The translations under genes were made by a program, and so were the position numbers. The notes under the pieces are model-generated. The model was not told where the DNA came from and searched no databases. It saw only the letters and a list, made by a program, of their open reading frames with translations. Source: Raillietiella orientalis (Eukaryota). Taken from it: 64,000 nt of DNA. This document shows, piece by piece, positions 22,514 to 35,400 of the stretch; the stretch's first letter is position 1, and each line of letters opens with the position of its first letter. The stretch spans positions 4,030,001 to 4,094,000 of the forward strand of contig JAYWIR010000003.1 in assembly GCA_036172245.1 (NCBI GenBank), written 5' to 3'.

Positions 22514-25500
22514 TAAAGCAGATTTGGTCAAGCGAGATGAAATGCATTCTTTTTTCTTTTGTTTTCCGAGAAAGGTTTATGGAACTTAAGATGATGCTTG
22601 CAATAACGGATCCGTATTCAGGAAAGATCTCGAGAATTTCCGAGTCCTCTGGAAGATTCCCCTACATCTCCTCAACTCTCTAGATTTCCTGCAGACGAAT
22701 TTGGGATAACATGCTGGAGTCTATGAATCACTTTACATCTACTCTCCATTTTTCCTCACTGAAATGGATGGTTCCTCCTATTTTTCTGCCAATGTTGACG
22801 TCGTACTTGCATTTTTTTTCCTTTTTTTCCTAAGCAGCCAGTGTTATATTCCAAGCTTGCACTTTACCTTTCGGGATAAAATGGTTTCATGGCCATGTAT
22901 TGTAATGTATTCTATTCCTGAAGACTTGAAAAAAATAAGTGCTTACAATGTTTACTCTCGGCGCTTTGATTCTAGGGCGAACTTCTATCAGTTTTTAACT
23001 TCATTTTTTCGTTATTAAATTACATTTTGTCTTTTTTTTGAAAAAAAGAAAAAAAACTTGATTTCCAAAGCAAAATTTTCAAAACTTGATTCTTTTCTCC
23101 AAGTACTGCATGTTGCTGATTTCGATATCTGATGCTCCTTATGGACAAATATTCCTAGTACTTAAGTTTTAGAACATGTATCATGCTTTTGCATCGTTTT
23201 GCGTCAATGAAGGTTTTCTTCAAAGAGTGTTCTTTTTTTTTTTTTTCTTTTCTTTTTTTTCAATTTTAGTTCGAAAATTTTAGCCATTGGCATTTCTAAC
23301 TGTTTCTTGGTGCTCTGTTCAGACGGTGGAACGTTCCCTCGGTGCGGTCTCGCATTTATATGCTCGAATTTTCAAAACGAAATCTCAACGAATACATGGA
23401 ACACGAGGCAGGTACATTTAATTTCCATGTAAACGAAATGCTGCTTAGGTCCGAGGAATGAGTTTTTGTTTAAGTGAATCGGACTTTCACACAGGAAAAC
23501 AGCCTGTAAGGTACTCAGCCAAGAGCCACCACTTATTTTCAGACTACGTGGTCTCCTCTAAGGATGAAGTTCCGCACAAAATTTGCATCAAATAACGGCA
23601 TTGTACAAGTTATAAGTGTTTATTTATCCCTCTCCATGCTAGTTAGTCATCCTCCATTTTCATTTTCTGGATAAATTGGTTCAATTAAGTATTACGGAAT
23701 TTTGTTTGGGGAAACTCAATGTTATGCAAGGTTATGTTAGCCAAGGTGAAAAACAATTGGGATAGTTTTTGGATACTCATTGCAAATTCGTGTTTAGTAA
23801 TTAAGAAATCCACAGGAATCGGACATCACATGCTTGATTGGATTCTAAAATCCCGTTTCGTAAAGTGGTTTGTGTTATGAAGGAATAGCTTCTGGAGTGG
23901 CTACTTAGGACTGATAAAAATTTGCCATAATACAGATCAGAGCATCCAGGTGACCTGTTCCACATTTTGGGAAACTTTCCCATTTAAAGCAAAAACAGTC
24001 CTAAATGTTAAAGATTCATTTTTGGTGTAATAGGTAGCCAAGTTGTTGAGAAAAAGCGTTGGGTGAATAGACTTGAAAATCTGATTTCCCTATTAGAGTT
24101 AAAAGGTGTGATGTCAATGCTGTTCCCCACTCTTGCCCCACATCCAGCATGCCAGATTCTGCGTGTTCCATCAGCACCATGTTTATTATCTGCAATTGAG
24201 ATTTCAATAGCTGTGATGCTCTTATGGATATGGGACCATCACTCCTACCCCATTATTGGCAAGTCCTGAAAGCAATTAAGACTCGTCTCCTTGTCTTGAC
24301 ACTCTTGGTTGGCCATCATATTCATTCATAGCCAAGATCAGCCGTGATTCAAGGTGAAGTTCCAAGATATATGTAATAGATATCTGTAATCTTATACCCA
24401 TATGTATTTTCAAGGAAGTGTGCCATAGACATGCTGGATAGGAATCTTAATGCTGATTTCAATCATATTTCATTCACACTAAGCTTTTCGTCCACTGGTG
24501 TCTTGCCTGCAAAAGGAATTATTGGTTCTGGATTTAGTTGATTAGCTTGATTTCTTAGTTCTCTTATACCAAGGAATTTTGTTCATTTTGGTTATTGCAC
24601 TGCATTGCAAACTGATGATACAATGTTTCTTATAGTCACTCAGGTTCTAAGGAATGCTTAATGAGCTGTCCATATCAATTTTACTAATATATGTCTGCAT
24701 ATTGGTGCAAACTGAATTTAACTTACCTCTTTGAACTTTTAAATCTGCACAGCCAAGATCTGAGTGAGCATTTCTTGTCATGGACAGTTGCTATGTAACC
24801 ACCATCGCACATGTTCTGACAGCCCTAACTCTTACTTGAAACTCCTCAGCGGTTGATGGCTGCTGTTCTGGTCTTAGAAGTCTGTTTTAAGGGGGTGATG
24901 GCTCCACTATGATGATCACTTCGTAGTTCAGTGTCGATGTGAAAGCAAGTTAATGTACATTTAAACGTAATGACTTTTCAGGCAGGTGGACTGTTTGAAT
25001 GAGTAGCTAACTGCTCGTTGCAAAAATTTGCAGAAACTCAATACGAACGCTCGAGCTTTTCTGACGTTTCAAGGCTGGAAACCGAAATACTATAAAACTG
25101 ACAGGAGACATCCATTTGGGTGAAGCATTAGTTATTCTTTACCTATATAAGTAAGCTCTATAAGCAATCATGTTTTTTAAAATAAAGGGAAGCATTTACA
25201 AATCCATTTCTGTCATTGTTAATCACATTCCTTTAATATGGTTAAAAATGACGTATAACAAAACCCTTCCACGGCTACCTTCGGTGTTCCGAAGCACATT
25301 GCTGTCTGATTGCACCAAAGCTTATCCTTTCGATTATCAGATTGGAACGTATACAGATTATCCCAATGTAGGACAGGTAAAGAAACGAGAATATACACAA
25401 TTCACAGCACGTATAGGGTGCTGTATTGGTTGGCCAGGTTGTGGTTCTATTGGAGTGGTGGATCTGGCATGGAAACTCGAGCACTTCATCTTGAATTTCT

Positions 25501-27842
25501 CAGAACACCGAAAGTTAGCATCACGGCCCATGCAAATGCCTCTCCCCCAGAAACGAAGTCGATCGCAAACACATGGGATCAGCTCGGTGTGAGTGTACCA
25601 AGATTTGCAGATCAGGATGCTGCTATCGGGCAGGTGGAACAGACGCTGCCCTTGAGAAACCAAGAACTTGGAATATCACCCATCAGATTAATCGGAAATG
25701 AAAAGCCAATTTGATTCGATTCGAGCATCTTTACACAAAGGCATGCTAAGCAGCTCTAAAGGGAAAGAAAGAAAACTTCTGAATTTGGTGGGCCGCACGG
25801 TCATCGAGGCGATCCACTCCGGATAAACAAGAGACAAAGAAAAATTCCTGCCAACTGAAATAGGCTCTCAGCCCACGAAAACAGTGACGTTTGGCACGGC
25901 TTTCATTGGCCCATTTTTTCTAATGAAACCTTTGTCCTAAATAGCGTTTTCGTGGCAATTTTTCTGGACGAATAACTTTTTGTGTGTGGGCTTCATCCCA
26001 GTATCATCTCATCATTTTAGAATTACCATGAAAGGTCACTTTATACGTTTTCATGATCAGCACTCCACGCCTATAATAGATACCCACGATGAAATCATCA
26101 AATGCCACTTATTCGAAAGCCATCTAATTAGCACGTGGAAGTGTAACTATACGCGGTGATCGTTTATCGGGAAACTTTCCTGAAAGGATGCTGAATGAGA
26201 CTCGAAGTGCCCAAGCAGCTGGTGGTCACATGTATTTGTGTGTTCGAGTTATCTGGAACTCGGTGATCATCTTAACACCGCAACGGTGTACCAGCAAATA
26301 CGTTGCGTTTGCGAGAGAGGAGATGTTTGTGTTCCCTAGCAACCTTATGGGAAGGAAAAGATCTCGCGGAACTTTGATTCATCCCAGAGGTTTCCAAGCT
26401 ATTGTGCATTTACGTCTTCCTTTTTACCAAGAGTAGTCTCTTGTGTGTTCCTTTTATAGCGGCCTCTGATCAGAAACGTTTGGTGGGCATCTTGTCGAAT
26501 ACCAGTCCATTTAAACACCATCTCCGATATGATCTTTGAGTATTATTATTGTTATCGGAAAAAAATGCTTTCAACGCTCATGCCAGTGTCACTTTGTAAA
26601 GAGACCACCGGTCTCCGAGTGTAGAACTTGTTCCACACGTCCCTTGAGGAACCTGAATAGGCACTCTGATCTGAATTGCGTGTGAAGAAAGGAAGACTTT
26701 GGTCTTGGACAGGTTTTGAGCTGAGTTGCAGACACCACTGATGCTTCAGAAAACAACATTGGGGACTATGAGTTGATGATCTTGGATGATCGATCCCGAC
26801 GTCGTTCAAAGTTGATTCGAAAATTGTATCAGTGATTGACGTGCCAATGAGTAATTCCAAAGCATTTCACTGCTCAACAAGATCCTTACGGGATGAAAAC
26901 GTACGGTGCTCCGATTAAATACTGCTGTACAGTCTTCTGTTAATCAGAAGAGAAAGCATGCCTAAAGTTAAGTAATGGTTAAGCATGAAAAAAATATCGA
27001 ATGAAGAACGTATTCTACGATTGGAAAATTCCTGCAGAAATGTAGACTGAAAAATAATGTGCTCCAATCTGCAAGCTACTGCCACGTCAGATCCCTAATT
27101 GATTGTATATTTTCCAAGACAGAAATACCAAAAATACTTAATAACACAACCATTCATGAAATTATTTACAGCTAAACTAAGGTAGTGAACTGCATTAATC
27201 GACTTCTTTTAATCTTCTACATCCAAGTCACCTCTCTGATGACAGGAAAAGTATTCAAAATTCGAAAATAGAAATTCCACAGTCCTTCCATCTAGGCTTC
27301 CATGTATCTTGAATTTGAAAATGATCCCTTCTTTAGATTCATGTCAAAAGCAGGGTTTATTACTCCCTCCATTTTGTGGTTTGATCTGAAAGCAGAAAAC
27401 TCACTTCCAATCGGAAGAATTTATGGCTGAAAAATGTTGTTTTTCCGAAGCACCTGGAAATTTTTCAAAACTGATAAGTTACATATGACATCGTTTACTG
27501 ACATTCGTGCGGTATGTCAGTAAAGGATGTCAGTAATTTCTAAAGCTTGAAAATCAGAACGTGAATATTATTATTGAATGAATCCTGAAAATAAATCATG
27601 ATCAAATCTCAGTAGCTCAGCAAATTATTTTTCTACAATCAGAGTATCCTGTTTCTTAGCTCATGAGATAAAAATGCAAACAAATTCCTCCCGACGGTCA
27701 CCGCCCAGGCATAGAAAGAACGAATTAAACCTATTGAGGACGAGCTCATCCATAGACAGTCCGGGAAGGAATAAAGAATGCAGTGGAAAAAAATCATGGA
27801 CGCTATCTGCACTGCCTGTTGGCAGATCTTCGAGCTCTCCGA

Positions 27843-28930
27843 TGCGCGCAGCCACGCGGCGCTCTTCGCGAAATTCGACGACGGCGTGCCGAAAGGATCG
27901 AAGAGATTCCTCTCCGGGAGTTTCCTGGACGCTTGGCGATTCGGAGAGGGACGACACGCACGCCGTGCGCTCCCTCGCCACCCTTCCTTTCCTCCCGCAA
28001 AGGGACGACCCCTCGTCTTCACCCTTCGACCTCACCGCTCCTCACCGCCGCCCGCCGAGACTCGCACCGAAGGCGTCCGCCAACCGCGAAAATGCGCCCG
28101 GCCGGCTGCGTCCAGCGGCCGCTCGTCCGCAGGCAGAGATCCGCGTTCCACCCGCGAAGGCTGGGAAAAGGATCGGAAAAACGCCTGACCGGAAAAAAAG
28201 GACCATTTCCGGGAGCAGCCGCCCTTCGAGCGAGAGCTCTCTTGCGCGCTCTTGGCCGAGGTTCGCGTCCCGCGAGGCACGCGCCTCCCGAAAGCAGCCG
28301 ACCTTTCGGGCGACCCCACCGATGCGCCCCGGCGCCACGAGCGGTCGACGCTCCTGCTTACGTCAGCCGAATCCATCCGCGCCCCTTCCTTCCTTTCTTC
28401 CTCCCTGCGCTGCTACCCGGCGACCTCTTGGCTCACCACGTCTTCGCCTGACGCCACGCCTGACCACTTGCGTTTCGTCGTGCGCGCCGCGGACAGCTTC
28501 TAGCCGCAGAAAAGGCTGCCTTGGAAGGATGTCCGCACGGATGTCTCCCAAGATCACGCCCGAGTCGGCGGACGCTCGGCCACCCATCCTCTTCGAGCTT
28601 CGTCGAGCGCAGCTTCGTGAAGGCGGGCCCCTGTTTCGAGAAAGGGGCCAGCCGGGGGTCTCTTGCTCTTCGGTGAAGTGGGCGGGTCCGCCGTCTCCGA
28701 TGCCGATCCGCTTGCGTCCCGTGCGAAAAAGTCGGAAGTGGCCTGCGGAAGCTGTTGGGTCCGTGCAAAGGACGAGCGATCTGGTTGGCTACCACCAGAG
28801 ACCTCGTGGGGGGCGAAAACCGTCGGCGCCCTCTCGCGGGATTGCCCCTCGGTCCTCAGACTTCCGGTTTATGGATGGAACCGCAGTCGGTCCTCGCCGG
28901 GAGTTTCGGGTCCGAAGTCTGCGACCGGAA
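27843..28930 (-). mobile_element. Decayed I/Jockey-type LINE ORF1 segment; 27843-28736 is duplicated at 52947-53840
   Basis: GVILGDIRADI and RELSLEGRLLPEMVLFFRSGVFPILFP resemble I-group ORF1 (GVIxxxxxDI, LxFxGxxLPxxV); 894-bp near-identical direct repeat. Confidence 0.6.
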
Positions 28931-29320
28931 TGGTAAGAATTACGAGCTGCTAAATTGTTATTGATGGTGTCCCTCTGCTTCCATATCTTTCGAACTTTTT
29001 GTGCACCGAATTCATCTAAATATCCTCAAAGCAAGCATTCTTCTCAAGAATTGGCAGTCAGCGTCTCGCAACATCATCCACTGGAAGATTCGAGATGCGC
29101 GTAATGAGAAAAGATTCGCGACTGATTCTCTGAAATTCCAAATTTCCGCTCGTGTCTGTTTTTTCGATTTCTTATTCCGAGAGATACTCGCTCCGCGCTG
29201 GCCCAGCATCAATCAACGGGATACCCATTCTACGACGATCTCCCGAGCTTGTCTCGATGTCAGTGTTGATTTTAGGAGCGTGTTTTTTTTTCTTTGTTTT
29301 TTTTTTTGTTTTTTTTTTTT

Positions 29321-29497
29321 TTACCTTTGGCAGCATGGAAAATCCCATAGTTTTTGCCCTCTTCCAAACTCTTCTCCGTCTTCTAAGCTCTGAGGCAATT
29401 GTGTGTTTAATGTTTCTGGCAAAAAGAGAGCCAGAAATCCACCAAGCAGGGAAATGATGCCAAGTATCAAAATGGGTAAGGTTTTGTACTGCTTCCC
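29321..29497 (-). CDS. SLC22 transporter coding exon 9
   Basis: GKQYKTLPILILG...LFLPETLNTQLPQSLEDGEEFGRGQKLWDFPCCQR*; the stop overlaps a possible AG|GTAAAA donor. Confidence 0.88.
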   Translation of the reverse strand, partial: GKQYKTLPILILGIISLLGGFLALFLPETLNTQLPQSLEDGEEFGRGQKLWDFPCCQR

Positions 29498-32400
29498 CTA
29501 TGGAAGACAAAAAAAAATCATCCACACCTATCATTCCCGATCCGCGTTTCGCAAATTTCTTGATCACAGCAGCCGAGTTACAAAATCTGAGCTTCACGGA
29601 AACGGGTGGGTTCCCTAGGGAAGCGTTCTGTTTCGTGCAACCCTTCGAAGCATCTCTGATCATGAAATTGCAGACTCACGAGGAACAAAATGTAGGGGGC
29701 GGCGAACGTGGCCGCGTGACCGAAAACTTGGGTGATTCCCATCGCCTGAGAGCGAATCACCGTTGGGAACATCTCCGGTTGCATCTGCACTAGAGTGTTG
29801 GAGCTGACGTTCAGGCAGAGCCGTGCCAGGTAAGACATGGACGCGAACAAGATTTGCATCCCTGATGGAGGAGGACACGTTGGCAGCACGTGCTCCCTGA
29901 ATGATCCCGCTTACCTGCTGGGATAAAAGTCGCAAAGAGCGAGAAGAATCCACCCAGGATGAAGAACAGAGATGCCGCCCATCTCCTTCCAATCACATCG
30001 TTGAGGAAAAGAGGTATCAGTGCTCCGGGAAGTTCCGTGAAAGAGGAGATCGTGAAGGAGAGGTAAGGGTTGATTCCAAGATTCTGTGTGTTGCGCGAAT
30101 GCCCATCGTATGCGACGCAGAAGAGACTCCTTGCAAGGCAAAAAAACAGATTATGTCTGGCACATTTGAGAGAAGAATAGTTAGCAGGCAAGGCAAGGCA
30201 ACGGACACAGCGATCGCATCTCGTCGCGAGCAGGGAGACCAGCTTAAACTCTGGCTCTTTGTCTTCAACTCACCATACTAAGCACATGGTGAGCAGCATC
30301 CTCCGTAGTCTAGGTTTTCTCATGAAGGCCAATGCTCCGTCCGAGTTTTTGTTCTTGCCCTGTTCGTTTTGGATATATTTCTAAAAGGTCAAGCACGCGG
30401 CACACTTGTTAGCTGTCCTGTTTCCGCTTTGGCCTTTACCATGACATCCGTCACAACAGCGCTGTTTAACTTCCTCTTGTTCATCTTAGCAATTTTGTTC
30501 AACCCATGAAGAACGTTGCTGACTTGCCCCTTCCTTATGCGCCACATCGAAGATTCGGGCAAGACGAGGGGAAGGAACACGACCAGGAGGAGAGGGGCAT
30601 GAATAACGATGGTGAATTTCCTCCAGTCTCCGAGGCCATAGGCTAACCACGGCAAAGCCAGAAGAGGGGGAACCATGCCAATGGCATAGGGAAGCATGAA
30701 GGATGTGACTCTTTTGTCCGGTTTCATGTATTCGACAACTGAAACAATCATCGAGTGAAAGAAACACCACGAACAAATTAGCAGTCGACCCCGTTCTTTG
30801 AAAAACCGAGCAATCACTACTAGCAGTTGACGCGAGTTATCTGATTGCTGCCCCTCTGCTTCCATTTCGAGTGCCAGACGATGAAACAGATGATTCAGAA
30901 AGAACGAAAGCAGGTCTGACTCTTGAGCACATCTGCAGAAATAGGTTTGAGCATTCTCGTTGATGAAAGCATGAAACAAGCCCGTATCACTGTCTGCAAG
31001 TCAGCTGGGTCAGGCAATGCCACACTTCACCCGGATGACAGCCGCTGCTTCACCTGTACTGTGCTGAAGAGGGCAGGGAAAAGAGCCCAAACCAAAACAA
31101 GCCAAAAAGAAAAAAGTCGCTCTCGGAAACACCGAAAGTAAAAGAAAAAGAAAGAACAAGAAGAAAGAAAAAAAAAAGAAAACCCTAGGCATTCAAAAAC
31201 GAGATCCAAAGAGCGAACAGGGAAAATGCATAAGGAACACGAGAGTGAGATGACCGCGAACGAGCATACGAATCAGCGGTCGAACACGACGATCCTCCCG
31301 AATACGGCCGAGAGCGTCGAAAACTCAAGAATTTTGCATCTCATCAAAGCGACATGAATCAAAATGGAGACTGAAATTTCTAGCAAACGGGTTCAGGAAT
31401 TTCCAAAGGTCACCGGGCATTGATGAAAACAGACCAAACCAAGCTGAGGATAAATGAAAGACGTGACGAGACTAGGCGGACACAGCCTCACGCTCGTTGT
31501 GGCGAATCATCCCATCGCCCATAAACACGAGGCTTACTTCTACGGCTTGCTACCGACAGTGAACGGACACAGGCCGGAGCGACGGTGTAGTTGAGGCAGT
31601 TGCAATTACAGTGCCCTACACAGCCGAGGTCGAGTTTGCTCTGGTCCTCCTGGTGAGGAAACCAGAGGATGGCCATCGAAGTTCTCACTTTCCACCACGG
31701 ACCGAAGCATCTTTATACCTTCTTCGGATCTGTTTCTGCTGATGCGCTCAGGAATTTTCTTGCATCTACGGACGCAATCCCTTTGATGCAATCTCATTTT
31801 CGAGTTGCATCCTCAGCAAAAGGAGGAGGAGGAATACAGAAGGACGCGCTCTTAGTTTGAAGGTCATCAGGGTTTCCACAGGTCAGCAGACGAATGCAGC
31901 GCGAGCTCCACCACCTTCGTTCGTGGGCACGGAAGGCCCAACCACCGAAGCCAGCTCGTCCCGTGCTCTGTGAAAGTTTCCAGCTTGCAGACACAGCAAC
32001 GCTACGACGGAGCAACGCTGAGCAGCAGCAGTGGCTGGAACTTTTCCTCTTCCTCTCCACTCTCGCACGTTACCATAGCAGTTGAAGACGAGGCATCTTC
32101 TTACTCACGAGAATCCGCGGAGTGTTTCGAACTTGCGTGCGGACTCTGAAATTCGAGTGACACCGATCGAACACTCCCGACTCGCCTTTAGGTGAACCGA
32201 CAAGCTTCCTTATGTAATGATGGGCCTTTCTTCCTCGAGCTAAACCGTAAAAAATCCCCTCTTCTCTTTCTCTCCCCCCAACGTCAAGAGCTCCACTCCC
32301 TTATCTTGGATTTTCTTGGGCCGTCGACGGGACCGTTGAGAGGCATCAGCTGGGTCCCGTCGCACTTCCCGGAGAAGATTTAATAGATGCAATCTTGAAC

Positions 32401-35400
32401 AGCCCGAGCTTCCACGAGCAAACTCATGAATCATCATCGAAAGGACCGACGCTTCTCTATATCTTGTTCAATCTATTTCTGCTTGATGCGCTCGAGAGCT
32501 TGCTCGTATCTTCGGATGCAATCCCTTTGATGTAATCTCTTTCCCTTTTATACTTTCAGAGAGTTAATAATGTCTAATGTTGTCATCGTTCACGCTTGAT
32601 TAAGGATCACTTTTTACATGGTGGCAATTCCGCACGATCGCAGGAAATGGTTACTAAGTAAGAAGGTTCTTGTTATGTGTGATGACTGGAAAAACTGTGG
32701 AAGGTGGTTTTGTTGTCCCGCAAATTTCATCGTAGGAGCTTTTTTTTTTTTAAAGGTCTTCTGCACTCAAGATTGTTTTTCGGTCTGTGCTCCTTGGATC
32801 GCATCTTGGTGCATCTCTTCTCAGGGTTGAGAATACTGAATTTCGCTTTTGTACTCTTCGAAAGGCCTTTCTCTGTGTCCTCAGTCCCTCTGCTTGTGTT
32901 TCTGATTATCACGAGCTAAACGTAATCGCCTCGTTATGCCAGGAGCTAACTTCTGCCGGAGTGAATCGTGATTATCTGGAGAGATAGCAGGCATAGCCAA
33001 GAACACCCGAAGACTCAATAGCTTCAGGGGGTGCGTGGCTGATTCCGATTCCAGTTTCATCAGAGATCGGGAGCGAGAAGAGTTCAATGTTAAACTTGAG
33101 TAGCTGTGGGATGCAAACTTATCCGCCCTCAAGACAAAGCCCGATCGGCCGTCCCGACCGCCCGAGACGAACAGCGTCGCTGTGAGCAACCTCGAAACTG
33201 GCTGTCGTTCTAAAATGGAGCCTCTGGGATGAAATCCCGAATTCACTTGAAAACGAGCGATTCTTTCCCCGCGAATCTTCCGTGACCATCGTTGCTCTGC
33301 TTCCTGCACTTCTTCTTCTTCATATTCGCAGTTTGAAAAGTGGGCCGTTCGTTCTCTGATTTCGCCGTAGAAGACCCCACGTCTTGATTGGAAGAAGAAA
33401 AAAAAAAAAAACTAAGAAGAGGAAATGGTTGGCTAGAGTGATGGTTACATGCAGTGGAAATGGGTCGTTTGTTTTCGATCCCCAGCGTACAGGGATGAAG
33501 ACACCAGGCGTAATCAAAACACACCTCAGAAAGCGGTGTTTTTCCGACTGTAACTGAGATTTTAAAGATGGAAATCGCTTTTCGCCTGAAAATCGGAAAT
33601 GCATTCACTGGTACTTTCGTGAATGCGAATGTACACATAGAAAGATATTCTCGGAAATGGGACAGTAAGAGATGGAAACTACAAGATGATTGCAATTACA
33701 GATCATCGCTACGGTTCTGTTTGGAAAGGCGACTGAATCTTTGAAAATTCGTGCGCAGGACACGTCTACCTTGGTGAGAACACGAAAAAAAAAAAAAAAA
33801 AAATGCACAAAAAGGTAGATTTCAAGATGCAGCCGTAAATACATTCCTCAGCAGTGGATTCTTACCAAGAACAAACATAGAGCTATACTGCAGAAGATAG
33901 GTGCTCCCAACTAAGAAACGGCAAGCCACGAAGAAGAAGAAGTCGTTGACGAAAGCAGTCAGAATTCCAAATATGGCTGCCACTGCTGTGCTGCTCACCA
34001 CGGCAGCTCTCCTTCCGTATGCATCCGAGATGTAGCTGAAGGTGATTGTTCCGACAATGCATCCGATGAAGTACATTGCCTGGGCGAAGGTGGGCTTCCA
34101 GTTGTTGTCACAAACCCAGTTGAGCTGAAAGCAGTGGTAGTGAGATCCCATCCGCAGGTCTGTCTCATCGACCGAGGTTCAAGGACTACCTAAATCATAG
34201 GAAAAATTATAGAAATTTCACTGGACTGAAATCACGACCAAGCGATTTCCGATGCTATAGAAACTGTCCACTTTGGTGTCACATCGTGGCATTTTCTTCT
34301 TTGAAGCGTCCTACACGCCCTTCCTTCCTCCCAATGGTCTTTGCGATGCACTCCAGCATGCCGGAACCACGCGACACCCAGCTTGAAAGCAAAGAGCACC
34401 GCGCCGACTCTGTGACCTTGTCCGATAACCCTGTTTTCTCTACCGCTTTCCTTGCGAAAACATCTCTGTCTTGCTGACTTTCGCTCGCGGCCACTCCTGA
34501 CAGATGCCTCTTGGCTGGGATGGAGCTGCAGGTGAAGATCCACGAAACTGACACGCAGCTGGCAGAGCGAATGCGTTCGCTTTAGCGATCTTGACCTTTC
34601 ATTATCGGATGAAATTTTAGCATTTAGGCAGATGCACGCTAAATGTCTGGCACAGCAGCTCCCTCTTATTGTCATCATCAAACAAAGATCTTCAAAGTCG
34701 GAAAATGACCACTCGTCCCTAGCCAAACATTTGCAATTTCGTCAGATATAACGGAGGCCGAACCACTGTTTGCCTTTGAACCCATGCTGAATGGGGATCC
34801 AGTGGTACTAATGTGGTGGTACCGTCTGCCAGTCGGAGTTGAGAAATTGCAAAAAAAAAAAAAAAAAACAGGGACTCCGTCTTTCAGTTGTCCAGCGCAT
34901 TCGAGGGAAGCTGTTAACAGGCACGGCGATCGCATCCCGGCGTCGCGAGCAGGGAGACCAGCTTAAACTCTGGCGCCCTGTCCTCGATTCACCACACTCA
35001 ACCACCACCAGCCATCGTGGATGGATCGAAAGTGAATTTCTTATCCCTAACGTATGTCCGACCGATTCGAGTTCACGGCAGGGCAAGAGCAGATCATGTT
35101 GACTCGTCCGCACTTGATTGCGCTCGGTTTCCTACTCGAGCTTCCCTTTCTGTCCTCAACGCCTCTGTCCGCCCAAGTAATGATTCTGGGTTCGGGTTCG
35201 TTTTCTGTCCTTGGCCAGTCGTCTACGAGAATTGCATTCTCCTGGCAGACCCGGATCGGGGTGCAAATATTTATTTATTCATTGTAAACAAATTAGCAAA
35301 GAGATGCTGAGCAGATGCCGAACTCGAATTCGAAGCTTCACAGGAGCAAGCAAAGGCCGGTTCTGAGAAACCCTTTGGCGCATGACCGCCTCAACGGCTT

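Noticed and set aside
25170..25714. Overlapping 140/134-aa ORFs as a gene (CCIGW motif)
   Set aside because: No recognisable domain or consistent exon structure.
27674..28936. 420-aa plus-strand ORF (and its 392-aa twin at 52946-54124) as a gene
   Set aside because: Arg/Ser/Pro-rich, open in several frames because of high GC, antisense to decayed LINE ORF1; the twin runs on into a SINE.
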